Assembly (NCBI RefSeq): GCF_001194135.2
Contig: NC_068982.1
Span: forward strand, 52,848,336-52,884,480
DNA: 36,145 nucleotides
Direction: 5' to 3'
DNA from: Octopus bimaculoides
Lineage: Eukaryota
Notes under the pieces: model-generated
Told to the model about the DNA's origin: nothing
The model's input: only the letters and a program-made list of their open reading frames with translations
Databases searched by the model: none
Made by a program: the position numbers and the translations under genes
Shown here: positions 23,917 to 34,497 of the stretch, in pieces
Layout of the letters: every line of letters starts with the position of its first letter
Position numbering within the stretch: position 1 is the first letter of the stretch

Positions 23917-24132
23917 TTAAGGCAAAAAGCTAGGAGAATCTTTGCCGTGCCCGGAAAAGTACTTAGCATCATTTCATCCGCCTGTACGTTCAGAGTTCCA
24001 ATTCTGCCGAGGTCGACTTTGTCTTTCATCCTTTCGGGGGTCGATAAAATAAGTATCAGCTAATCACTGGGTTCGACTTACGCTCTCCTCCAAATCGTTA
24101 CCCTTCTGCCAAAATGTGAAACCAATATTTAG
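23917..24132 (+). mobile_element. SINE family A (tail type 2), second unit of a tandem pair
   Basis: Aligns with family A and shares the private variant gaatctttgccgt and the flank aaaccaatatttag with the preceding unit. Confidence 0.8.
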
Positions 24133-24592
24133 TTTCCTTTCTTTACGTTGAAATCGAATCCCTCCGGGGTAAATATTATCCTTCTCGGCAATGTAATTAC
24201 ATTTATTAAATCGAAAATACATGCTAGTGGAAAAGAGTATTTTCCTAGTTTAAAGAAGTCTTGTGCTATATGTCTTTTTGGTGATTACCGTAGAATTTTG
24301 TAAACTAGATATAAATTAGGAAAAATAAGAAATAAACAGAAACATTGCACTGTATGAAGTCTAGATAAATGGCAATTTATCATTGTAAATATTTCAGTAC
24401 GTAAATTTGACCAAAATGGAGTAGTCTTGCTCATTATAGTTTAATTCAAAGTGAAATAAGGAAATCAGACTACTATGTTAATAGTAGTGCAATATCTTTA
24501 ACTTTATTTCAAATGAATTTAGTGATCGAAGATGAGTAATGTCGTACATGCTCACAAAACCATAACAAATCAAAAGGACAAACAAAATATGT

Positions 24593-24972
24593 ATTCTTTT
24601 ATTTGTTTCAGTCATCTGACCGCGGCCATGCTAGAGCACCGCCTTTAGTCGAAGAAATCGATCCCAGGACTTATTCGTTGTAAGCCTAGTACTTATTCTA
24701 TCGGTATCTTTTGCCGAACCGCTAATGCTACGAGGACGTAAACACGCCAACATCCGTTGTCAAGTGATGGTGGTGGGGATAAACTCAGACACACACACAC
24801 ACACACACGACGGGCTTCTATCAGTTTCCGTCTACCAAATCCACTCACAAGGCTCTGGTTGGCCCGACGCTATAGTAGGAGACACTCTCTCAAGGTGCTA
24901 CGCAGTGGGACTGAACCCGGAACCATGTGGCTGGGAAATAAGCTTCCTTACCACACAGCCACGCCTGCGCCT
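24593..24972 (-). mobile_element. SINE family B, full length
   Basis: The reverse complement starts aggcgcaggcgtggctgtgtggtaagg (A box) and has ggttcagtccc (B box), an internal (TG)n and the family B tail. Confidence 0.9.
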
Positions 24973-25408
24973 GTGTATATATGTATGTATGTATTATGTA
25001 TGTATGTACGTATGTACGCATGTATGTATGCATGGACGATGTATGCATGGACGAATGTGTGGGTTCTTACATTCTTGTAATCCTGTTACAGCTAGACTTC
25101 CTAATAGTTAAATACGGCGTGGGCCAAAAGTCACGCACAAAATAAGTTCAGTGCGCACCGGTATTGTCAAACACATGCTTCAATTTTTTTATAGTTGAAT
25201 AAAATAAAAAAGAGTAATGAGGAATGTACACGTACTTGAACATGACCAACACAATGGGTAGTAATGCAGGTAGAAATTTTAAAAAATAGCAAGAAACGGT
25301 AAGGGTAAAACAGGACTGTGAACGTTTCATAGCAATGCAATACTTATCACATAAGTTGTAACATGCACAAAACCGGCTTAGCAAATCTTCACGTACTATT
25401 ATCGTTAG

Positions 25409-25798
25409 TGGCTGTGAGGTAAGTAGCTTACTTACGAACCACATGCTTCTGAGTTCAGTCCCACTGTGTGGCACCTTAGGCAAGTGTCTTCTACTATAGC
25501 CTCGGGCCGACCAAAGCCTTGTGATTGGATTTGGTAGACGGAAACTGAAAGAATCCCGTCGTATATATGTATATATATATATATGTGTATGTATATGTGT
25601 GTCTGTGTTTGTCCTCCCAGCATCGCTTGACAACCGATGGTGATGTGTTTACGTCCCCCGTAACTTAGCGGTTCGGTAAAAGAGACCGATAGAATAAGTA
25701 CTAGGCCTACAAAGAATAAGTCCTGGGTTCGATTTGCTCGACTAAAGGCTGTGCTCCAGCATGGCCGCAGTAAAATGACTGAAACAAGTAAAAGAGTA
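25409..25798 (+). mobile_element. SINE family B, near full length
   Basis: tggctgtgaggtaagtagc...gagttcagtccc...internal TA/TG tract...gtgctccagcatggccgcagtaaaatgactgaaacaagtaaaagagta. Confidence 0.9.
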
Positions 25799-25995
25799 TA
25801 TATATATATATATATATATATATGTTTGACAATTAAAAGTTCGAGGGCCGTTTCTGGGGCCCCAGTTGTCCAGACAAATAAATACTCAAACCTTATATAT
25901 TTTACATTTTCTCTGAACTCTTAACGTTCTATTTAATTCTATGGTATCGTTTTATTCAGTAAGTCGGACTATATATATATATTCGGTTTAATTCT

Positions 25996-26100
25996 AAGGC
26001 AGTGAACTGGCAGGAGCGTTGGCACACCGGATGAAATACTTACCAGTATTTTGTCTGCCTCCTCCCCCCAAATTTCGGGCCTTGTGCCTAAAGTAGAAAA
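25996..26100 (+). mobile_element. SINE family A with the head fused directly to tail type 2 (body deleted)
   Basis: aaggcagtgaactggcagg...ttgtctgcct joined to cctccccccaaatttcgggccttgtgcctaaagtagaaaa. Confidence 0.75.
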
Positions 26101-26315
26101 AGTCCATATATTTTACTATGTCCAGATATTTTTAATATGTTTGACGTATTAAATATATCTTAAAAAATTTATGCATATGGCTGAATGCATGTATGTGTAT
26201 TGCTTTTCCTAATTTGATTCTCATTTCTATATTCATCTAACGCCCCAAGTTCGAATCTCTTGAGCACTTCAAAGTGCACTCTATACATTGGGGAAAAGAT
26301 TTTTTTCTCTCTTAA

Positions 26316-26350
<35 letters not shown>

Positions 26351-26374
26351 TATATACAGACACACACATACACT

Positions 26375-27250
26375 CGGCGACTTTGGCATAATCCCCAAGG
26401 CGACTTGACAAGAAGGTATACGTATCAAACACAAAAACAAAGTAAAAAAATATACCGATACCTAGAGATGATCTGCTTTACAGAAGCACTGATCCTCGTT
26501 GCAAATGTTATACCATTCGTGACTACCAAGGATCTTGAAATGTATGAACTATCAGCTCCTTTACAAAGTGCAGTTGCATGACTATGAGGAGATCCTTCAG
26601 GCAACTAAGTATGACATTCAACAGCTGAAACAGTATGATCCCCCAAAATATTAATTTTATTTCCAGATGAAAAACAAAACGCAGCTTATATAAGGATCAA
26701 ACAACTGGTGACATATGACTCCGGGGAAATAGTTTTTCTTGATGTTTTGCTGTGGCTGATAAAACTTTTTCGTTGAACTAATTTTGACAAGAAAGTTCTT
26801 TCTAGCAAGTCGAATACTATTGCAGTAGCCTTATCTGGAATTGCTATAAATTTATTTACGCTCACTCCTTACAAGATCTCCTATGTAATACAAATACGAT
26901 GACTAAAAATACAATCTTGCATTTAAGGATTTCAGTCGACATTTGCCAGTCATTTGAAACTTGCATCAAGGAAAGTATATTTGGAACTGAGAGGTAAAAT
27001 TTAATCTTTCTACCAACATGAGAGTTGCACAATGTTTAGGGGTAACACTGTTAAAATACAAGAAATTATTGATCAATCATCAACATTTGTCAAATTAGGT
27101 TAATGAAATAAGTCTCCAAACAGAAATATAGAAACCATGAGTGGTTACATAAACGGGCAATTCTAGATCCAAGAAAATGATATAAAACAGAACATAAACG
27201 CTACTACCATTCAATACGTACCAGCTTCCAAGAATATGTTTAAAATGTAA
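26375..27250 (+). pseudogene. Helitron Rep/helicase (PIF1-like) relic
   Basis: Frameshifted pieces LWHN, EALILVAN...KDL.MYELSAP, GEIVFLD..(Walker A decayed)..KTFFVELIL, IAVALSGIA, LNLSTNMRV and NHEWLHKRAILDPR occur in the order known for Helitron helicases (FFLDAPGGTGKTFL; AVASSGIAA; L..NMR; WL.ERAILAP.N). Confidence 0.8.
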
Positions 27251-28189
27251 AATTGGCATAGCCAGTAACGTAACACCGCTATATTTAGTGGTGATTTAGG
27301 CAATATTTTCGTGGATGATTAAGGGGTTAGATGAGTGCTGATGAAGGGGCAAAAACTCTCGAAATATGGTATATAAGCCCGTTACTCTTCTTTTCATTTT
27401 CGATCTCATAGTTTATTTACACCCAACGTCTCGGATACGAAACGTCGTAACAAAATCAGTGCTGGCTATAATTTCCATTAAATATCTGAGAGATAACCTT
27501 AACAAGACCATGGATAACAGTTCAATGTTAATGGTATAAGTTGGTTCAACGATGCTGCCAACTAACCTAAAATATTTTTCAGCACTCTTCACTCTAGCTC
27601 TGTTCCTCCACAAGATCTGCACCAAAATTCGAAAACATTAAAATTCTGTAACGACGCAAGACTAGCTGTCAAGACGTTTATACTGCAGGGATCAAAGCAA
27701 ACATTTCCGACTGGTTGTCCGAAGTTATTTTCATTTCACACATTCCCCTTTCATCCCATTAGACATGCTATTTCAGTTCCAGAGTATATGACTATATATG
27801 CATGCATATATATAGCAAAAGTGACATGATAGATAGGCAAGTAGATAGATAAATAGAAAGAAAGGAATAAGGAAGGAAGACAGGAAGGAAGACAGGAAGG
27901 AAAGTAACAGAGAAATTGTGTACGTATGCAAGTGTATATGTACATAACTAGATGAGTTTACAAAGCATGTAGATTTTTGAAAATGCAACAACCTTTTCAA
28001 TTAATTATTTTCTGCTTCTGTTACATGATTCAGTGAGAGTATATAATTATATAATCTAACGCAATAACATTTTCGAAGAATATGTATGTCTTCCCTTTAT
28101 CTTCATTGCAGAAATCCCAAAAGCAGCGGTGCGAATGAATAGTAAACCATACAATTCCCAGATTTCACAGATGCAAAAGCACTCGCTCA

Positions 28190-28333
28190 CATGCAGACAT
28201 GCACACACACACACATATACACTCACGTATACACACACATACACTCCCAACGCACAAACACGTACGCAGACAATCGAACAACCGCGACATAAAGAAAGAC
28301 ACACAAAGAAAAGCACATACAATTGTGTGTGTG

Positions 28334-28416
<83 letters not shown>

Positions 28417-28620
28417 CAAATATATAATACGGTTACAAAAACACGCACACATACATGCAACACACACACATATATATATATATATATACATACATATACA
28501 TATATCCATCCATAGAAGCATATATATATATATATCTAAAACAGAATACTGATATATTTGTATTTGTGCACACACACACACATACCTATTTGTGATCATA
28601 AACACACGCGCGCCCCAGTG
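28190..28620. repeat. Mosaic CA/TA/TG microsatellite tract
   Basis: Direct reading. It generates several spurious ORFs. Confidence 0.9.
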
Positions 28621-29250
28621 GGTGTGTATTAAGTTGTGTATAATTATGCATTACATTTCATCAAAAATGTATTTATACAGCAGTGATTTATCAAGGTGTG
28701 CTATAAACAAGGATTAGTGTGGTAAGATTTAATATACAATGTGGAGTAACTGAATCGAAAATACACTATTTAATTGAAATTTTACACGCGTATACATGAG
28801 TGTATGTATGGTTGTGTACATATATATTTGCGGCATCAGTGTCAACTGAAATTCCATATATCGCTTACAGTAAGATTTGGCTGTATGCAACTACTGCAAC
28901 TGAAGAGACGGCGAACGTCGAAATTAAGTTATCTAGCTGTTCTAGTGCCCATAGCCGACGATTCTTGTCGGTCAGCGATTTAAATGTGTATTCTTTTATG
29001 CACCAAGCGTCCATATAAGAGGTCCTCGCAAGGTAAATTATGGAGTATTCAGCGTCCAAACAAAACATCCACGACAAGTTGGATATAAAGATTACCTTTT
29101 GGCATTAATATTTCTTCTGTCGCTGAGGATTATATATATATATTTGTGTGCATGTGTGTGTAGGAGGGTGTTTCCGTGCGTGTGTGTGTGTTTTTGTGCG
29201 TTTGTGAGTGTGTGCATATATAGGCGTATACATACATGTGTATATATGGG

Positions 29251-29350
29251 GATGTGTGGTAACAAGTTTGCTTCGCAACCACTAGGCTCCGGATTCAGTC
29301 CCTCAGCGTGGCACCTTGGGCAAGGTTCTTCTGCTAAAGCTCTGGTCTCC

Positions 29351-29400
<50 letters not shown>

Positions 29401-29521
29401 CTGTCTCTGCCTCTATCTACCTGTGTATGCATACATACATACATACATACATACATACATTCACGGTGGTGCACCAGCATGACCGCAGCCACTTGGCTGA
29501 AACACATAAATAAATAAATAA
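29251..29521 (+). mobile_element. SINE family B relic with the body replaced by (TTTC)n and (CATA)n
   Basis: Head gtgtggtaacaagtttgcttcgcaacc...ggcaccttgggcaag and tail ggtggtgcaccagcatgaccgcagcc...ggctgaaac, with microsatellites between them. Confidence 0.75.
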
Positions 29522-30502
29522 AAAATACATAATAGATGCATACACACATATATGTGTGTGTGTATTTATATATATATGTATGTATGTATTTACGTGTATC
29601 TATGTCTATGGGAAAATAGTTTCGGTTTACGAACAATTCGGGTGATGAACGGCCTTCAGGCTCTTTTTATAACCGAAAGAACTGTTTTTAATCTAAAATC
29701 TCCACCGACCAATTGAATTCTAGATTAGAGATTTTTATAAAGTGCAAGCATTTACACAAGTTTCTATTATCGAACTTAAAACATCACCCTCTCCGCATTA
29801 GGAATAATCTTAGTGACTATAACATTTCCATGTGAAATGAACAACACCAACTATTGTTATATGTCATTTTAAAGGACCAAAAGGGCCACAACTTTTCTCC
29901 ATCTACCAGTCTCTCCTTCCTTTCGCTTCCTTTTTCATTTACTTTCTTCTCTTCTTCGTATTTTTATTTTCTTTGAGAGAGAAGATACGATATATTTTGA
30001 ACCTGAAAGATTGCTGCGCTGTACACTGCACGCTATACAAGAACGTCTGATTAATGTACTATTGGAGCATGAAACTTATTATAACTCACATTTACGATTT
30101 ACATTCTGTGCTTATTAAATGATATTTATATCTCGCTGGATGGTAGTTTTTCAGTTAAGCCCGCCAATAACAGAACAGTACACTACATATATGTGTGTGC
30201 GTGTGCGTGCTTGAGTGTGTGCGGGAAAAAGGAGTGGAGAAAGAGAAAATGTCTGGATATAAAAACGTATGTGTGTATGAACATCAATTATTGGTGAGAG
30301 AAGGACGGAAAAAGTAAAAATGGTTCTGCGAAAGAATAAGACAGTAGTAGGGACCGATCAATAAGATACAATTATCAAATTTTCACGAGGAAGAAGATTC
30401 AAGCTGTGGGCAATCCGTAAAAAAAAATACATGTATTCTCACACTTTATGAGCACTGGAAAAAACTTCTGCATCACTGCATTGTAAAAAGTTATATATGT
30501 AC

Positions 30503-30504
<2 letters not shown>

Positions 30505-30563
<59 letters not shown>
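30505..30563. repeat. (AAT)n microsatellite
   Basis: Direct reading. Confidence 0.97.
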
Positions 30564-30564
<1 letters not shown>

Positions 30565-30630
30565 TGACAACAAAAGAATGAATGAGACCTCGATATTATG
30601 TAAATAAAGGAATTTATCTATAAATATAAT

Positions 30631-30793
30631 ATGTGACAATTAGTTGGTTGTCATAATAAAACTCAGAGTTTCTGATGCCGGGGCTGAAGCCTGCTCCGGC
30701 ATCTCATCAGTTATTAAGACAAACAAAAAGCTATGAAAAAAACAAACGTTGAATAAAGGGAAATTACTCCAATAGGCTTGGGGAAAGTAAAAG
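30631..30793 (-). repeat. Left arm of a long inverted repeat (at least 160 bp, ~92% identical to the reverse complement of 31617-31780)
   Basis: About 13 differences by eye. The outer boundary is unknown because the right arm runs into the N gap. Confidence 0.95.
30648..30722 (-). ncRNA. Type I hammerhead ribozyme-like fold (copy L)
   Basis: The minus strand reads ttgtcttaataa CUGAUGA gatgccgg(agcaggcttcagcc)ccggcatc a GAAA ctctgag U U ttattatgacaa. Helix I is 12 bp with one U-U mismatch, helix II is 8 bp, and helix III is the quasi-palindrome ACUC-U-GAGU. The predicted cleavage triplet is GUU. An extra A sits before GAAA. Confidence 0.75.
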
Positions 30794-31616
30794 TGTGGTC
30801 TTTGCGATATGGATAGATGGCTCATCTGGAAAAGTTCTTTAGACCCCGCTACATGTCTAAATTCAAGAACTGAACATTTTGGTCATGTCCACATATGGCA
30901 AAACATTGGTTACGTTTTTGGACTCCCCTCCACCAAGATCACAGATAGAACCTGCTTTTTATATTATGTCCACGTACAAGCCTTTCATATGTCTTAACAT
31001 TTGTTATATATTTCTTATATATATTTTATTGCTTTATATATTATTTCTGTATATTATTTTTCACCCTTTATAATTGTGTAACTATATACGCGTGTAGTAT
31101 ATATCAAATGTGTATGTGCGTGCATTGTACATGTGTACAAATGGTTGTATATATACGAGTGTAAAACTCTACCTGTTGTACTTGTCTCCTTCTTTCATAC
31201 ATGTATGTATATACGTTTATATATCTGTAGGTGTAGATGTGTTTGACAGACAGGAGGGTGTATTTGTGTATATACATATAGAACACATATGTATATTCAA
31301 GTTTTGCGGCGAATGTGAATGTTTTACGGTTTATGTTTTTGCGTATGTTGTTTTATTTGTATATACGTCTATCCGCGTATGTATGTGCATGTGTGTATAG
31401 AGATGTGTATATGAGCATAATGATGTGGGCATGGGTATATATACCTGTGTATGTGCGTGTATGCGTATTTTGTATGTATGTATGTATGTATGTTTACATA
31501 TGTATAGACATATATATATATTTGTGTTTGTATGTATATGTTCACACGTATGTGTGTGCGTTTGTATGTATATGTGTACACGTGTGCATATGCATTTGCA
31601 GATTCTATGAACGAAG

Positions 31617-31780
31617 TTTTACATTCCCGAAGCCTATTGGAGTAATTTCCCTTTATTCAACGTTTTTTTTTTTTCATAGCGTTTTTGTTAGTCTTAATAA
31701 GCGATGAGATGCCGGAGCAGACTTCAGCCCCGACATCCGAAACTCTGAGTTTGATTATGACTACCAACTAATTGTCACAT
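31617..31780 (+). repeat. Right arm of the long inverted repeat (truncated by the assembly gap)
   Basis: Reverse complement of 30631-30793. Confidence 0.95.
31689..31763 (+). ncRNA. Type I hammerhead ribozyme-like fold (copy R; core mutated CU to GC)
   Basis: tagtcttaataa gcGAUGA gatgccgg...ccgacatcc GAAA ctctgag U U tgattatgacta has the same architecture as copy L, with a compensatory change in helix I. Confidence 0.65.
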
Positions 31781-32171
31781 NNNNNNNNNNNNNNNNNNNN
31801 NNNNNNNNNNNNNNNNNNNNNNNNNNNNNNNNNNNNNNNNNNNNNNNNNNNNNNNNNNNNNNNNNNNNNNNNNNNNNNNNNNNNNNNNNNNNNNNNNNNN
31901 NNNNNNNNNNNNNNNNNNNNNNNNNNNNNNNNNNNNNNNNNNNNNNNNNNNNNNNNNNNNNNNNNNNNNNNNNNNNNNNNNNNNNNNNNNNNNNNNNNNN
32001 NNNNNNNNNNNNNNNNNNNNNNNNNNNNNNNNNNNNNNNNNNNNNNNNNNNNNNNNNNNNNNNNNNNNNNNNNNNNNNNNNNNNNNNNNNNNNNNNNNNN
32101 NNNNNNNNNNNNNNNNNNNNNNNNNNNNNNNNNNNNNNNNNNNNNNNNNNNNNNNNNNNNNNNNNNNNNNN
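31781..32171. other. Assembly gap (N run) hiding the outer end of the inverted repeat
   Basis: Direct reading. Confidence 1.
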
Positions 32172-32568
32172 ATATATATGTTATATATATATCGAGAATC
32201 ATTTACATATTTATTTTTAATTATTAATTTTTTAAATGTTTACAGTTTTATTGTAGCTATTATTATTTTTTTTTATTTTCACAATGTCTTTACTAAACGC
32301 GTTTTTATTTTAAGCGTTTGCAGCATTTTTTTTCTGTAGTATTTTGCTTAGTAATTAATTTTGCATTTGTTTTCGTTGCTATTAATGTTAATAGGAAATA
32401 GTGTAGCTGTTACGTTTTTGTATTGTTGCAGATGTTTTACATTTCATTTTCCAGGGGTTTCTGTTTTGGAAAGGACATATATACATACGTATATACATAA
32501 ATGCATGTATGCATACATGTGCGTGCGTGTAAATGTGTATGTAGGACCTCTTATGAATACCTGTTGGT

Positions 32569-32790
32569 CTGGCAGAATTGCTAGCACGCCGGGCGAAATG
32601 CTTAGCGGTATTTTGTCTGCCGCTTCGTTCTAAGTTCAAATTCCGCCGAGGTCGACTTTGCCTTTCACCCTTTCAGCGCCGATTAAATAAGTACCAGTTA
32701 CGCAATGAGGTCAATGTAATCGACTTAACCCCTTGTCTGTCCTTGTTTGTCCCCTCTATGTTTAGCCCCCAGTGGGCAATAAAGAAATAA
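32569..32790 (+). mobile_element. SINE family A (tail type 1)
   Basis: Collinear with 16039-16263. Confidence 0.9.
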
Positions 32791-33182
32791 ATATATCATG
32801 CAAACGTGCATACGAAACGAAATGATTAAAAGGAGAATGAGTGGGGCACAGACTATATATTGTATCATAGTGTCCATGTACATATACACACGTAACGTAC
32901 ACACAGATGATACTTTGTTATTTTCGCGTGGTTAATTATTTTAGCGCTTAGAGTTCCATAGCAAATTTTGAAATTTAGATAACTGTAGAATAAAATTTTC
33001 ATTCTTATCACTCCGTGAAAATTTCATGTGTGTTGTGACTTCGTAGATTCCAATCCAGCTGCCATAAGTGTAGCCATTATTTTCATTTATGAAGAGTGTT
33101 TCAATCTAAATTTGTCGCATGATTGCGTCTCCATAACAATACACTACTCTTCAGACAGACGCAGACATACTTATTTTGATCT

Positions 33183-33295
33183 GAATGAATTGGAACAATG
33201 CAAGAAGTGCTTTGCCCCAGCGCATCATTCGGTCAGAACCACGACCATTATAATCGCGAGTTCTACCACCTAACCACTTGGCTACGGCTCCTCAC
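33183..33295 (-). mobile_element. Degraded SINE family C head
   Basis: Loose alignment to 4965-5076 (gaa.tggaacaa...aagtgctttgccc...ctaaccact.ggc.acg). Confidence 0.5.
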
Positions 33296-33840
33296 GAATG
33301 ATGACAACGAAGGCGGCAGCAGCAGCAGCAGCAGCAGCAGAGGGCAACAACAACAACAACAAAAACAACAACAACAATATAACGTTTTAATGATATTTCG
33401 ACTATTTTACTTATATATTCACGGTGGAAATAATGCGTGCAGAGATTATAGAGCTCTAGCTTAAATGATTAACACTAATTAAGTTCACTAATCAAACCTT
33501 GTTGGAATGAACTTAAAAAATGAAAAAAAATAACAGTCATTGCAACTAATATTGTTATGTAACTCAAGGTTCAAGTCGTAGTCGATCGTTACATCATTCA
33601 CTATCTCAGAGAATTAATTATAGAGCAGATCTTTCCTTTTGAAGACAGCAAGGAAGATTTGGAGGGAAATTAAACTACAATTTCAACCAGGTGCACGGTC
33701 ACGGAGAGGCTTCCTCCTTTAGTAGATATAAGAACCAGTAATATAAAGATAATTTAACCGACTACAACATTTCTCTTAAGGACTGATAGCATTTCAGATT
33801 CGCAAAGCGAATATCTTACAGTATATTATCCCATCTGTAT

Positions 33841-33929
33841 TGGATTTGAACGCTAGAAGTAAACAGCAGGAAGAAATACCGTTTAGTTGTTGACTGATGC
33901 GCTAACGATTCTGCCATCTCGCCACCTTC
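33841..33929 (-). mobile_element. SINE family A head fragment
   Basis: tttgaac...gaaataccg...gcgctaacgattctgccatctcgccacctt. Confidence 0.65.
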
Positions 33930-33948
33930 ATAATGATAATAAAATAAT

Positions 33949-33951
<3 letters not shown>

Positions 33952-34035
<84 letters not shown>
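33952..34035. repeat. (AAT)n microsatellite
   Basis: Direct reading. It directly precedes an R4/Dong-type fragment. Confidence 0.97.
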
Positions 34036-34409
34036 GCACTTGAGAATGAATGAAACTGAAAATAGGTGGATAAAGAAAAGAATGCATGGACAATTTCATA
34101 GGGATGTTGAAGATATGACAGACAGAAAAAAAGATCGCTATGGATAACTAAACGTGATTTAAAACCGAAAACGGAGGCTCTAATCTGTGCTACCCAAGAG
34201 CAATCGCTAAGAACGAATTACATCAAATACACAGTAGATAACACATCAGAAAGTGATAAGTGCAGAATTTGTGGGCAAAATGGTGAAACCGTATGCCATA
34301 TTACCAGTCAATGAACGCCACAAGCTCAGAAAGAATATAGGAGACGTCATGACAATATAGCAAGGATTATCTATTGGACACTTTGCAACATGTATGGACT
34401 TGACAAAGC
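34036..34409 (+). mobile_element. R4/Dong-type non-LTR fragment (second subfamily): post-RT region and CCHC finger
   Basis: With a frameshift it reads W.KKRMHGQF...W...DLKPKTEALICATQEQSLRTNY...CRICGQNGETVCHI...EYRRRHD. Confidence 0.85.
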
Positions 34410-34497
34410 AAATTTGAAATTAGAACGTAGTGACGGGCGAAACACCGCTTAGCATTTCGTTCAGCGTGCTAACGATCTGGCCAGCTCGCTGTCTTAA
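34410..34497 (-). mobile_element. SINE family A head fragment between two LINE pieces
   Basis: aaatttgaaattagaacgtagtgacgggcgaaacaccgcttagcatttcg...ccagctcgc. Confidence 0.75.

Noticed and set aside
29636-29700. gtgatga...ccgaaa hammerhead-like spacing
   Set aside because: The core C3 is missing, and no helix I or helix III can be formed.
16281-32227. ORFs containing X runs (16281, 16330, 19248-19620, 31768, 31772)
   Set aside because: They are artefacts of N gaps, which lack stop codons.
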